Shown here: positions 1 through 11,304 of the stretch, piece after piece | How the letters are laid out: every line of letters starts with the position of its first letter | Numbering within the stretch: position 1 is the first letter of the stretch | NCBI RefSeq assembly: GCF_006345805.1 | Contig: NC_043013.1 | Span: forward strand, 620,001-684,000 | DNA length: 64,000 nt | Reading direction: 5' to 3' | Source of the DNA: Octopus sinensis | Lineage: Eukaryota | Program-made: the position numbers and the translations under genes | The notes under the pieces: generated by a model | What the model saw: the letters and a program-made list of their open reading frames with translations, nothing else | Databases searched by the model: none | What the model was told of the DNA's origin: nothing

Positions 1-150
1 GGGGAAATTTCGAACCCGGGTTCTCATTCCTAAGGTATTTTTTGATGTTATTATTCAGGTCACTGCCAGCAATCGAACTTGGCATCTTGGGGTTAGTAGC
101 CCAAGCTCTTAACCACTACACTATCATCATGCCTGTTAAATGTAAATAAT
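1..150 (-). mobile_element. tRNA-headed SINE of the hammerhead-bearing family (cut by window start) plus inverted terminal segment
   Basis: Reverse complement of 1-130 is colinear with 62271-62418 (A box, B box gttcgatt, AAT tract, ttaggaatgagaaccc.ggttcgaaatttcccc); 133-150 resembles the family's 3' tail in inverted orientation. Confidence 0.8.
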
Positions 151-1565
151 ATTAATCAATGACTAAAACTTTCATTCTTCTGACAAATACGAAATACATG
201 TTCGGACATGTTTCAGCCATCAATGAAATTCATTGGCAAAACACAGCCTTCACTATATTTGTTGAATTGTGTAATACATGGTTCATTCAAATATATTCAG
301 CCATGGTGATGCTCTAATTAGTTATCGTTTGTTTGAATTGATGTTATTGAATTTCTGTAAAAGATGGAGGGGTGGAGGTAAGTGTTGAAACTCTGTTTCA
401 GTCAAAGCAGCTCAGAAATCTCAAGTACTTTTTCTTTCATCATCATGTCTGTTTTTACTAGCAGGTATGGGTGGGGTGGGTTCCATGATTTGAGTTATTC
501 AGAATTACACTATCTTGGCCAAAACACGAGAAAGGTTATCTTGTTTCCCAACAAATGAGAATAAGGCGAGAGAGAGAGAGAGAGAGAGAGAGTAAAAGCT
601 GCATAAAGGTTGTTGAGGAAATTGAATGAAAGCAACATTATCTGAGAGGATGACAGGAGAGTGACACAAAGTAATAAAAATTCTTAAGATCTTCAAGAAT
701 TAAGGAATTTTCAATAACATTTTTGTTGCAGTTCTAATATTTTTACTGCAAATTGTCCATTTGACCTTTCCAATAAGCTGGACGACATCCATTCTGTCTG
801 CTGCCAAATATCCCACAAGTATTGTGTTTTTGCTGTGTGATATTTATAGAGGATGGATATTCCAAAGAATTGATCCCAGCACGCAACTGGTACTTATTTT
901 ATTGACTCTCTTTAGGGGGGTGAATGGGGATAAAAGACCTGGTTAACATTAAAAATTTGAAGTGAACATTTCAAGAATGAAGTAAAGAACATAAGGAACT
1001 TAGATTGGTATTCTAACAATTTTTACAAGACAAATTATCCTGCAGTGCAGTGATAGCCACAAACTGGACAATGAAAACACGAAAGACTTGAAGAAGCTAT
1101 TTATCTTAAAGGCTGCAAATTTTGGGATACTTTTCATTGACCACTTGTATTTCGTATCATTATTGGTCAGGTGAGGTGTAGGGAGCATGCACCATTGCAG
1201 TGCATTGCTACACTCACCATTTATCAGCATATTCCTGGGTCATCCTAGGCAAACCATTGAGCAGAGTCATCAATCAGTTCCCATCTCTGTGAGAATCCTC
1301 TTCATCTGCCGTGACATTGGGGCCAGGAAGATGCAACCTCTCGTCTTTTGTGGTTGACTTAGTTCTGGGAATGAAAACGTCTCCTGGAAAATGTTTTGAT
1401 GCATTAAATCAGTTGATGATTATTAAGGGGAACATTAAGAAACATACATTGTGCATGATTGAAGCTCTGTTTAGGGTATTAGGGATTTGATTTTAAGCTA
1501 TTTAAATCCATGGAGATTGGTTATATTAAGATGTTGTTCATTTGGATGTATTTTTCTCTCTCTAG

Positions 1566-1629
1566 GTTGATGATGAAGAATTATCTTGTCGTGAAGGATC
1601 TGAAAATAAAGACACTGTCAAGAGACAAG
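1566..1629 (+). CDS. spir: Spire coding exon (first visible in window; upstream exons not identified)
   Basis: tctag|GTTGATGATGAAG...AGACAAG|gtgaaa; 64 nt, phase 0 to 1, reads VDDEELSCREGSENKDTVKRQ-G and joins in frame to exon 4280. No motif of its own, so support is splice signals and phase only. Confidence 0.6.
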
Positions 1630-1847
1630 GTGAAAATTATTTCAAGTTTCCTATTTTGAAATTTTTGTAGTTTTAAAAAATTTTGTTTTATTTTCGTTTT
1701 TTGATGTTTTCATTTATGAGATGATTTTTGTTTTGGGAACAAATGGATTAAAGACTGTTACACAGTGCCTTGGGTAAGAATCTTTTCCAATAGATTCAGG
1801 TTGACTAATACCTTGAACAGACTTTGGTAAATGGAAGCTATTCAGAA

Positions 1848-1849
<2 letters not shown>

Positions 1850-1908
<59 letters not shown>
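1850..1908. repeat. (TA)n microsatellite
   Basis: Uninterrupted TA run. Confidence 0.97.
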
Positions 1909-1911
<3 letters not shown>

Positions 1912-1916
1912 GCATA

Positions 1917-2237
1917 TATACGGCAAAAAGAAAATGGAAGGGATACAAAAATGACATACATCAGTCGGTAGAAATTCTATTATGTCTATTCCAAAACAAA
2001 GGGAGTATTATAAGAACAGATACACAGGCAAAGACTGGGTGCTACACAAATATGTACCAGTAATACATAAGAGTAAAAAAATTTTATGTATTACTGGTAC
2101 ATATTTGTGTAGCACACAGTCTTTGCATGTGTATCTGTTCTTATAATACTCCCTTTGTTTTGGAATAGACATAATAGAATGTCTACCGACTGATGTATGT
2201 CATTTTTGTATCCCTTCCATTTTCTTTTTGCCATATA
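1917..2237. repeat. Foldback inverted repeat, 154-bp arms, 13-nt spacer (possible MITE)
   Basis: 1917-2070 is the reverse complement of 2084-2237 with four mismatches counted by eye; ends in TATA on both sides. Confidence 0.92.
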
Positions 2238-2394
2238 AATTAAGGGTAAACCACTTTTTACTCCTGCCCATATATGACACTCGACTGCGAAATTGCTATG
2301 CAATAACCAGCACCTAGGTATTAGTTATTGGGTACATTACCAGCAGTATATTGGATAGATACTATCCTTTAGTTGGCTTCAGATACAAAACTCT

Positions 2395-2772
2395 ACTTGT
2401 GAAGACCTGTTGAGGCAAGTGAAGATCAACATGAATTGTAGCTGTGATACCAGTGCTGGTGACACATAAGAGAACCATCTGAACGTGGCCGAGGCCAGTG
2501 CCGCCCCGACTGGCTTCTGTGTCGGTGGCACGTAAAAAGCACCATCTGATCGTGGCCATTGCCAGCCTTGCCTGGCACATGTGCCAGTGGCACGTAAAAG
2601 ACACCTACTACACTCATGGAGTGGTTGGCGTTAGGAAGGGCATCCAGCCATAGAAACATTGCCAGATCAGACTGGGCCTGGTGCAGCCTTCTGGCTTCCC
2701 AGATCCCCAGTTGCACCGTCCAACCCATGCCAGCATGGAAAGCTGATGCTAAACAATGATGATGATGATGAT
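2395..2772 (+). mobile_element. RTE LINE 3'UTR-only copy with 3 internal repeat units and (GAT)n tail
   Basis: Colinear with 60850-61262, which directly follows the RTE ORF stop at 60787. Confidence 0.85.
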
Positions 2773-3130
2773 ATGTATATGTAATGATTTTATTTTCAAT
2801 TATAATAAAAACAATTTTTTATTAATCTGAAGTGTTACTCTAAATTTGAGCACAAATTATATATTTCTCATTTAACACCTGTATTTTGTACTCTAGTATG
2901 GTTTGGTTGGAAATTAATTTTTAGGCAAGATTTTACATTTAGATGCTTGTCACCAATCCGCATCTGATTTTCAAATAAGGGATTCCAATATTCTACAGAT
3001 TGTCAAAATTACTGAGACCAGTTCTGATAATGCAGTGTAATCCTCTCTACTATTTTGCTCAGATTGTAATCAGTGACATTCCCACACATTCAAGCACACA
3101 TAGGTGTGTGTGTGTGTGTTGTGTATATGT

Positions 3131-3500
3131 ATTCTTTTACTTGTTTCTCTTATTTGGCTGTGGCCATAATGGAGCACCGCCTTTAGTCGAACAAATCGAC
3201 CCCAGGACTTATTCTTTGTAAGCCTAGTACTTATTTTATCGGTGTCTTTTGCCAAACCGCTAAGTTACAGGGATGTAAACACACCAACATCAGTTGTCAA
3301 GCGACGGTGGAGGGGACAAACACACACATATACACACATACACACAGGTTTCTTTTAATGTCCATCTACCAAATCCACTCACAAGGCTTTGGTCGACCTG
3401 AGGCTATAGAAGACACCTACCCAAGGTGCTATGCAGTGGGACTGAACCCAGAACCATGTGGTTGGGAAGCAAGCTTCTTACCACACAGCCACACCTGCAC
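3131..3500 (-). mobile_element. tRNA-derived SINE family A (head + CORE-like segment + internal CA microsatellite + 3' part)
   Basis: Minus strand ggctgtgtggtaagaagcttgcttccc...gggttcagtccc (A/B boxes), then ccttggg...tcttctatagcc; colinear with 37070-37445 and 38728-39070. Confidence 0.85.
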
Positions 3501-4279
3501 CTGATAAAAAATGTAGACATCAAGAAAATTGAAAACCCAAAACTCTTCAGCCACAGTTCCTTGTGTATTTTTTCTGCACAATTCTACAGATCTTTCGTCA
3601 CTCAGTGCCACAAATATTGTAAATCAATGATCACCCCATTAAAAACCTGCAAGTGACAAATAATTGTCAAAAAGCTAAAGTAGGGTTTGTAACCTGGTTT
3701 TGATAATCAAACTGAAGCAAGCAGAGAGAAAGAGAGTGTGTGTGTGTGCTTCACTCACTGGCTTCACTCTGTATTTGTAGGAGAGATTTGCTTCTTTGAT
3801 CTTGTCATCAGTTGTTTGGTAGAGTCACCTTACAAACTGTGTCACCAAATTCAAGTTTTAAATACAGCCATTTTTCAGATCTGAGCATTTTAGAAAATCA
3901 TTTTTATCCAGCCCGAATGGTCTACCCTGTTTTACGTTCAAACCAACCTGATCTTGCCTCTCACACCTACCCTACAATGTCATTCTAAAAATAAACAATC
4001 ACATGAATGTAATTTCCAAGCTATGAGATAACATGTGATTCATTCAAAATGATAATAAACAAGCAGAACACCTGACAGGTTAATTAACCAATTAGCAATC
4101 AAATTACTCTAAGTTTTACTTTTTATTACACATTGTTACTTCAGAATATAATGGACTGTGTTGTTAGTGCAAAAATATTTTTATTTATTTCAGTAAAATG
4201 AGTGTAATTAAGAGTATAAAGAAATATTTTATCAATATTAAAAATTTTGTTTTTTATAATTTCTTAATTGCATTTTTAG

Positions 4280-4545
4280 GGAAACAAGACCATTCCACAG
4301 ATAAAAATGCGAAGCTAGTTCGACGGCATACCATTATGGTATGCGAGTCTCCGACTGAAGCAAAAACTTCACCAATATTTGAAACCCTTCAAATGATCAG
4401 TGAATTAGAAGAGTCTCCTGACAGTGGAAATCTGGTAAAAAGCCTCAGCAGTTCTGAAAACATTTCAAGATCTGTTGGGAATTCCCCAACGACAAGTGAC
4501 CGAAATCTACATGTAGATCATTCTACGAAATCAAACGTAATGCAT
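4280..4545 (+). CDS. spir: Spire coding exon with RRHT motif upstream of the Spir-box
   Basis: tttttag|GGAAACAA...ATGCAT|gtaagt; 266 nt, phase 1 to 0; KLVRRHTIMVCESP resembles the RRHSI motif preceding the Spir-box in vertebrate Spire. Confidence 0.8.
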
Positions 4546-4894
4546 GTAAGTTGGACTAGTTCGTCTACTCACACCAAAGAGCACCAACGTAGCTTACCAT
4601 ACAAAGATTATCATCCACTGTCTGTAAGTAAACAATCCGCTTCTTGCACGAATTTTTTCAACCTTATTTTCTTTAGAGTCGGTTATCAAGGCTGGGCAAT
4701 GGCAAGGGAGACAACCCGAAATTTAGAGTTCTGTGGGAAAATATCTTATTTGAAGGTTTTGAGGACAGACAACGCACAATGCTTGTTAATCCTGGTGAAT
4801 AACTTTCTCTTTTGGAAATGGTACTGCTTGTATGACGGTGACACTCATTTACAACTATTATGCAATGTCATGACAAGGAGATACAAATGATGGG

Positions 4895-4945
4895 CTTAGT
4901 TTCTACCTGTCGAATTCTCTCACAAGACTTTGGTTGACCTAGGGC

Positions 4946-4984
<39 letters not shown>

Positions 4985-6230
4985 TGTGTACAGTGCTCAG
5001 GTGCACTACAACTCATCGAAAGTGTATATATAATCAGGTGTAGTTTCGGCGTATTTCGGAAAGCATGAGGGCCTTAAAGGATGCAGTGTCATGGCAGTCA
5101 ACAACTGACGCAGGCAGTTTATTCCATGCTTCAGCAACTCTGAGCGTGAAGAAATGTTTCCGAAAGTCATGGGAGCTGTGCTGTTTTCTGACTTTGTAGG
5201 CATGTCCACGTGTGTTAGACACATGGAGATCAAAAAGGTGTTCAGTGTTGTTGTTGGTGAGGTGGTTGATAACCTTGTGGGTGTTTACCAAGTCCGTCGC
5301 CAGACGCCGGAGCTTCAGTGAATCCATGCCCAGGGAAACAAGGCGCTCAGAATATGGTAGGTGTCTGATGGAAGGTATGCGTTTGGTTGCACGTCTCTGG
5401 ACAGATTCCAGGAGGTCAATGTTCTGAGCAAGATAGGGATTCCAAACTGATGATGCGAATTCCAAGTGCGGTCGTACCATAGCTGTATACAGTTTTAAAT
5501 AGATGGCTGGAGAGTGGCTAACAAAAGTCTTGCTGAGTGATGCCAAGACACCCTCGGCCTTCTTGACAATTTTAGAGATATGCTTTGTCCAACGCAAATC
5601 ACTGCTGACAGTGATGCCTAGGTCACGCTCGCAAGAGGATTTCTTGATATCAGTGTTGTGGAGGGAGTATGTGGACGCAGGGTTTTTTCTCCCAAAATGC
5701 ATGGTGGTACACTTGTCCACAGCCAGTTTCAGTTGCCAGTCTGTGATCCATTGCTGCATTGTGTCTAGGTCTGATTGCAGGAAAGAGTTGTAGACATCAG
5801 GATCAGTCCTCTTGATTTCAAGGTACAGCTTGATGTCGTCTGCATATTTCAATACTGTGGCATTCTTTAAATTGGCATCTATGTCATTAATGTATGCCAC
5901 AAACAGGAGGGGACCAAGGACAGATCCCTGTGGTACACCCGATGACATCTCATATGGTGTAGAGTGCTGTCCTAGAACTGTGACTACCTCCTTTCGGCTG
6001 AGGATGAAGGATTTCAACCAGTTAAAAAGGTCATCCTCCACACCCATTGCAGAGAGTTTCACCATAAGCCTTTTGTGTGGCATAGAGTTGAAAGCCTTAG
6101 CAAAGTCAAGGTAGACAACATCCACCCATGAGCCACTATAGTAGGAGACACTTGCCCAAAGCCAACACAATGGAACTGAACCTGAAACCATGTGGCTGGG
6201 AAGCCAACTTCTCAACCACATGACCACACT
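4895..6230 (-). mobile_element. Family A SINE split into 4895-4949 and 6136-6230 by a CR1 insertion
   Basis: The two halves rejoin to the family A sequence at ...gggctata|gtaggagacacttgccc...; ctata is duplicated. Confidence 0.75.
4950..6135 (-). mobile_element. 5'-truncated CR1/L2-type LINE (RT C-terminal half, open frame) with (ATT)n tail
   Basis: VDVVYLDFAKAF, SGVPQGSVLGPLLF, YADDIKLY, RPHLEFASSVWNP, TRGH..K, FF..RV..WN.LP; (TAA)n at 4948-4984 on +. The N-terminal ~80 aa of ORF 5034..6383 is flanking DNA. Confidence 0.95.
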
Positions 6231-7037
6231 TGTGTCTATGTCCTGTTTATTCTTGGCAAAAGTGCAAATTTGGAAAAGAACCAAATCCTTTTTGGAAAAT
6301 GAGCATAATCTCAGTGTAGGTGTTTGCAAGTTGAAGTACCACATTAAAGGGAATTTGTATAGACTTATAGCAAAGATAATCAATCAAATGCTTCAGAATA
6401 AAAATGTTCTGAGAACAAACTTCATAGTCTATCATGGTTCTGTGAAGTGCTTCTGAGATGCACCAAAGTGAAACCATTTCTAAAGTGGTGCTTAATATGA
6501 CAAGATTTTAAAATAGAGCTGTTCTCTCCTTGTTCTGCACATCACTTTCAGCGCTAAATCTTTTTAACATTCTCCAATGTTTCTTTGCACAATCTTTCCT
6601 TCGACAAATAACTCCTCTCTTGAAATCTCATTTGATTATGTGAAACTTCCAGAACCGTAATGTTCAACTTGTTCCCCAACAAGCTTTCTGCCAATTCAAT
6701 AAAAATGATTATCACCTGCACCTAAATAAGAAGCTAGAATGTCTATAGATAGATGTCCATCCTATAAAATGGTCTTTTATTTATGATCTGTATTGATGTA
6801 AATTGATTGAAAATTATCTTTATCAGCTTGTTTGAATGTCTTGTCAAAATTATTTCATCAACCTGAACTTCTCCACAACTGGGCCTACTTTGTGTGAGAG
6901 TGCTTTATTCTTGTTAATCCGTGTGTCTCTGTATTTGAGTGCTTTTGTGCGTGAATATGTTTGTGTGTGTCAAATTTTATTCATTCACTGTCATCTCTTC
7001 AACATTTATTTATTTAATAAATTATCTCTTGATCAAG

Positions 7038-7064
7038 GAATTGGATGAATCTGAGTTGGAAATA
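7038..7064 (+). CDS. spir: Candidate 27-nt alternative microexon of spire (ELDESELEI)
   Basis: tctcttgatcaag|GAATTGGATGAATCTGAGTTGGAAATA|gtaagt; phase 0/0 in a phase-0 intron. The AAG acceptor is weak and there is no expression evidence. Confidence 0.4.
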
Positions 7065-8057
7065 GTAAGTAGTTGTTTTGAGAAGCTAAATAATGATTTT
7101 ACTCAAGTTTTTACTAAACCTATTTACGTCCTGGGTCACTTTGTGATCTTCCATATAACCTGTCCCTTTTCTTTCCCTTTTTCTGGTACAGTTTCCTGCT
7201 TGGTTTTATTTACAAACAGAAATGTTTGTTTTGTCTTTCATTTGACTAATATATATTCACTTGGTACTTATTTTTCTGTTGGATTTTTAATGATTTCACA
7301 GTTTGTGTTTTTTATTAACATTTGTTGTTTTAGATTCAGTGGCTTAGTTATTAGGGAACTGATTCTAAAATTGTAATTTTTTGCCCTTTTCATTTACACA
7401 GTATTGTACACTATGACCCTACTAAACCCTGTTGTCTTGGCTGGAAATATGCACTTTATCCATAAGCTTAATCTTAGCGAATTTGGTGTTAAGACTACTG
7501 GTTACAAATATATAGATCTCTGAAACTATCTCTTCCATTTTTACACAGAAAATAACTAAGATCCTTAAATATTTTTCCCCCTAGAAACAAGAATTTTTTT
7601 CTTTTAATAAGTGTATATATATTAATCTTGAGAAATTAAAGATAAAGTTGTTCCAGTGAGATTTGAACTTTGCGCTTTGCTTTAAAATGTCAGCTCACCC
7701 CTCCATTTTAAAATACAGCTAGTGTTATTCACAAAGAATTTATTCTACTTTAAGAAGGATGGTTGAATTTTATAAATTTGCTTTCACTTGAAATATATTT
7801 TTATAAGTTAGTCAAAGGCGGAGGGGGCAGTCTTCAATACTTTTGGAAGTCTTCTCAGAGACTGATGTGGTTGATGTTCAGCGTGAATATCTGTAGCATA
7901 GTGTCTCAGACAGTAAACTGGTAGAATTGGTATTGTACCAGATTGAAAGCTTTATGGCCTTTGACTTTCTGCAGTTCAAATCCTGCTACAGTCAACTTTG
8001 CCTTTTCATTATTACAGAGCATGGAAAACAGAAATTAATAAATTATTATGATAATAA

Positions 8058-8171
<114 letters not shown>

Positions 8172-8174
8172 ATA

Positions 8175-8492
8175 CCCTCGTCGCCTTACTGGCACTTGAA
8201 AAAACATTCAAGCGAGGTTGTTGCTAGTGCCGCTGGACTGGCTCCTGTGCAGGTGGCACGTAAAAAGCACCATTTGAGCGTGGCTGTTGCCAGTACCACC
8301 TGACTGGCCCTCGTGCTGGTGGCATGTAAAAGCACCCACTGCACTCTCAGTGGTTGGCATTAGGAAAGGCATCCAGCTGTAGAAACATTGCTAGATCAGA
8401 TTGAAGCCTGGTGCAACCATCTGGTTCACCAGTCCTCAGTCAAATTGTCCAACCCATGCTAGCATGGAAAGCAGACGTTAAACGATGATGAT
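8175..8492 (+). mobile_element. RTE 3'UTR-only copy
   Basis: Three ggca(c/t)gtaaaa units, aaggcatccagctgtagaaac, ccatgctagcatgg, (GAT)n. Confidence 0.8.
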
Positions 8493-8496
8493 ACAA

Positions 8497-8655
8497 CAGG
8501 TTTCTTTCAGTTTCTACCTACCAAATCCACTCACAAGGCTTTGGTCAGCCCGAAGCTATAGTGGAAGACACTTGCCCAAGGTGCCACGCAGTAGGACTGA
8601 ACATCAAACCATGTGGTTGGAAAGCAAGCTTTTTACAAGACAGCCATGCCTGTGC
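8497..8655 (-). mobile_element. Family A SINE (head + core)
   Basis: caaatccactcacaaggctttgg...acttgcccaaggtgccacgcagt...aaccatgtggttgg. Confidence 0.8.
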
Positions 8656-9327
8656 CTATATAAGAAAATTGTTAGAATATTTAGTGCATTATAGGAGTAA
8701 AACCTGTTTATTGTAGATAAATTTTAACAAAATATTTGGCAAGACTTCTGCCCATTTCCCCCAAAATCCACCTTTTTTTTCTTTTACATTTTTTACCCCC
8801 CCCCCCACATTTCGGCTACAGGGAATACAAATCTGCAAAAATTGGCATTTTAAAATTACCACCCCCATTTCCTTCATTTTTTGCTTTTTTCAGAAATTTT
8901 TTTTTTTCAAAATATGTGGAAAAATATGGAGATTATGATTCTGACAAAAATTTCCAAAAATCTTTGTAAAAAATTTTTTTAAGAATTTTTTTTTTTATAA
9001 ATACACTGAAAAATAGACATTACGATTCTGACAAAAATTTAAAGCATTTTTGTAGTTATGGTTTTAGGGTTAGGGTTAGTCTTGGGGGGAAAAAGCCAAA
9101 ATTTAAGAATTTGGTCGGGAGGAAATTTCACAATGCTGATTTTTGGCAATTTTCCAGAACCTCCGTATCTGAAAACGGGGGTTTTTGGAAAAAAATAATT
9201 TTTTAAATAAACAAATTTGGGAGAAAATGGGTGGGGGACGGGCGGAAGTCTTTCCAAATATTTATATGAACCCTGAAGGGTCATCTGAACCTCCAAGGCT
9301 CATATGGACCTCTGTTGAGAAACATTG
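8655..9327 (+). mobile_element. Partial hAT/Charlie-type MITE interrupted by a second TIR element
   Basis: 8655-8737 and 9256-9327 match 33545-33672 by eye, including the right end gttgagaa(a/c)ca(t/c)tg. Confidence 0.7.
8738..9255. mobile_element. Non-autonomous TIR element (GG(C/A)AAGACTTC(T/C)GCCC ends) with 8-bp TSD aaatattt
   Basis: Left ggcaagacttctgccc, right gggcggaagtctttcc; aaatattt at 8730-8737 and 9256-9263; a single site in the homolog near 33610. Confidence 0.75.
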
Positions 9328-10053
9328 GCCTAAGGGAAGACTTTATGATGCCTGTGACACAAAACGGTGACATGGCACTTGTGTCCTTCCTTTTATTATG
9401 ATTTGACGATGTTTGAGCCTCTAATTCAATGAGGCTTCCTCATTTACCAAGAATCTGTGATTGAACTAGTTGAAGCAATGTCTATGGATGCATTAGAAGA
9501 GGGAAGAAGCAAGGCAGCAACTTTAATTTGGCCAACTCTCAACAGCAAACAACTTGATCCCATCTTGTGACTGGATGTGACTCAGTGTGGAGTTTTAGAA
9601 ATTTGCGGGTTTTTATTATTGTAGAAGCATATTTCCATTAGATGATTGATTTTGTGGCCAGCATGTCCTAATCAAGAATTGATTTTCTAAAAGAGAACTG
9701 GACTTCAGCAACAGGATATTGTTCTTATTTCTTGTGTATTTTCTAAGTGGGAAACTTGTTTATGTTGTGTGCTTTTTTGTGTTTTTCTTTTTGTTTTTTT
9801 TTTAGGTGGGGGTGGTGGGAGGATGGGGATAAAACCAAATCTCATTTAGAGAGAGAAAATGGATTATTTTAACATTGACCTTTCCATACTTGTATGGGTC
9901 AGATGGAACTTGTTGAGGTGAATTTTCTACAGCTGGATGCCCTTACTGTTGCCAACCCTTACCTGTTCCTTTGATCACATGTGTTTTCCTAGGAAACTGG
10001 AATTAGACACTTCTTGCATGACAATGACTCTTACAACTCTCACCTGAGAACAA

Positions 10054-10095
<42 letters not shown>

Positions 10096-10654
10096 ATAAA
10101 GGTAGCTAGTGAGATCTATGTTTATATGAAGTTATACATTATGAAGTATGAATTAGCAGAAAGTAATGTAAATTGTTGAAGCAATGGAATATGGTTTATG
10201 CCAAAGTGATGAAAACTTGTTTCAAGTGAGTTCTCTTGACAAAAAGAGTTCTCTTTTTGTTTCTCCCTCCTCTCTCCCTCCTCTCTCCCTCCTCTCTCGT
10301 GTCTTTGTTGCTTACTGTCTGTTCCTTTGTTTTCTCCTCTCTCTCTCTGAGCCTGTAGAACAAATTCAATGTTATTATACCATTGAAATATGTGCAGTGT
10401 AGAGGAATTGCTTGTTAAAAAGAAAAATCCGTCTTAAAACCTTGAAGATTTGATTTTCAAAGAGTGGAACCAATTGCCAAATTTGCATAAGCAGCTTCAT
10501 ACAGACATAGACTTACATGTGTTTTTTATACCTACACATGCACACACATGCATGATTGCACATTAATGCAGATGCATTACTCACCTGTACATATCTACAC
10601 GGGAACAGAGGCATATTTATGCATACAGACTAAAATGTGCACCAAAGCAAATTT

Positions 10655-11115
10655 CTTATTATTGAGGCAACAAGCTTGGCAGAATTAAAAGTATGCCAGA
10701 CAAAGTGCTTGGTGGTATTTCATCTGTATGTTCTGAGTTCAAATTCCACCAGGGCCAACCTTGCCTTTCATTCTATCAGGGTTGATGAAATAAATACCCA
10801 GCTATACAGTGGTGGGGTCCATGTAATTGATTTCCCCCACCAAAAGAATACTTTCAGGCCTTGTGCCCGTAATAGAAAAGATGATTATTATTATTTTCAT
10901 TATTATTATTAAAGTGGTCAGCTGACAGAATCCTTAGCCGACCAGACAAAACTGCTTAGCAGCGATTTGTCTGTCTTTATATTCTGAGTTCAAATTTGGC
11001 CTGGGTTGATTTTAGCCTTTCATTTTTTCAGGATTAATCAAATAAGTGCCAGTCAAGTACTGGGGGTCAGCTAGCCCTTTCCCCACCAAATTTCATGCCT
11101 TCTATCTATAATAGA
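10655..11115 (+). mobile_element. Two head-to-tail copies of SINE family B separated by a (TAT)n tract
   Basis: Both carry ttctgagttcaaatt...ttgcctttcat...ggg..gat.aaataa.t.ccag, shared with 25760-25950, 29218-29415, 35770-35965 and 40955-41305. Confidence 0.75.
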
Positions 11116-11166
11116 AAGAATTCGTATAGATATTCTCACTCAATTTTTTTTTTTGTTTGTTTTCAG

Positions 11167-11304
11167 AAAAAATGGCAGAATCCTATTGAATGTTTGTCGT
11201 TGACATTGGATGAAGTCATGCATATCCGACAGGTGTTGACCAAAGCAGAGTTAGAATCACTTCTTGCACAGCCTCAGCTTTATGACTTGGTTTCTCGTGG
11301 AAAG
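11167..11304 (+). CDS. spir: Spire Spir-box exon
   Basis: tttcag|AAAAAATGG...GGAAAG|gtaaat; 138 nt, phase 0/0; [25 protein letters not shown] matches the recalled Spir-box [25 protein letters not shown]. Confidence 0.95.

Noticed and set aside
1000-1440. Possible upstream spire exon or transposase fossil
   Set aside because: No phase-compatible GT-AG exon and no convincing motif in any frame.
6136-6383. N-terminal extension of the 449-aa minus-strand RT ORF
   Set aside because: Lies outside the LINE boundary and reads through SINE and flanking DNA by chance.
9060-9078. TTAGGG telomeric repeats
   Set aside because: Only two to three units, internal to a TIR element; not a telomere or fusion site.
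10184-10225. Possible extra spire exon ending caa|gtgagt
   Set aside because: The only nearby acceptor gives a phase incompatible with the phase-0 intron, and an in-frame stop lies just upstream.
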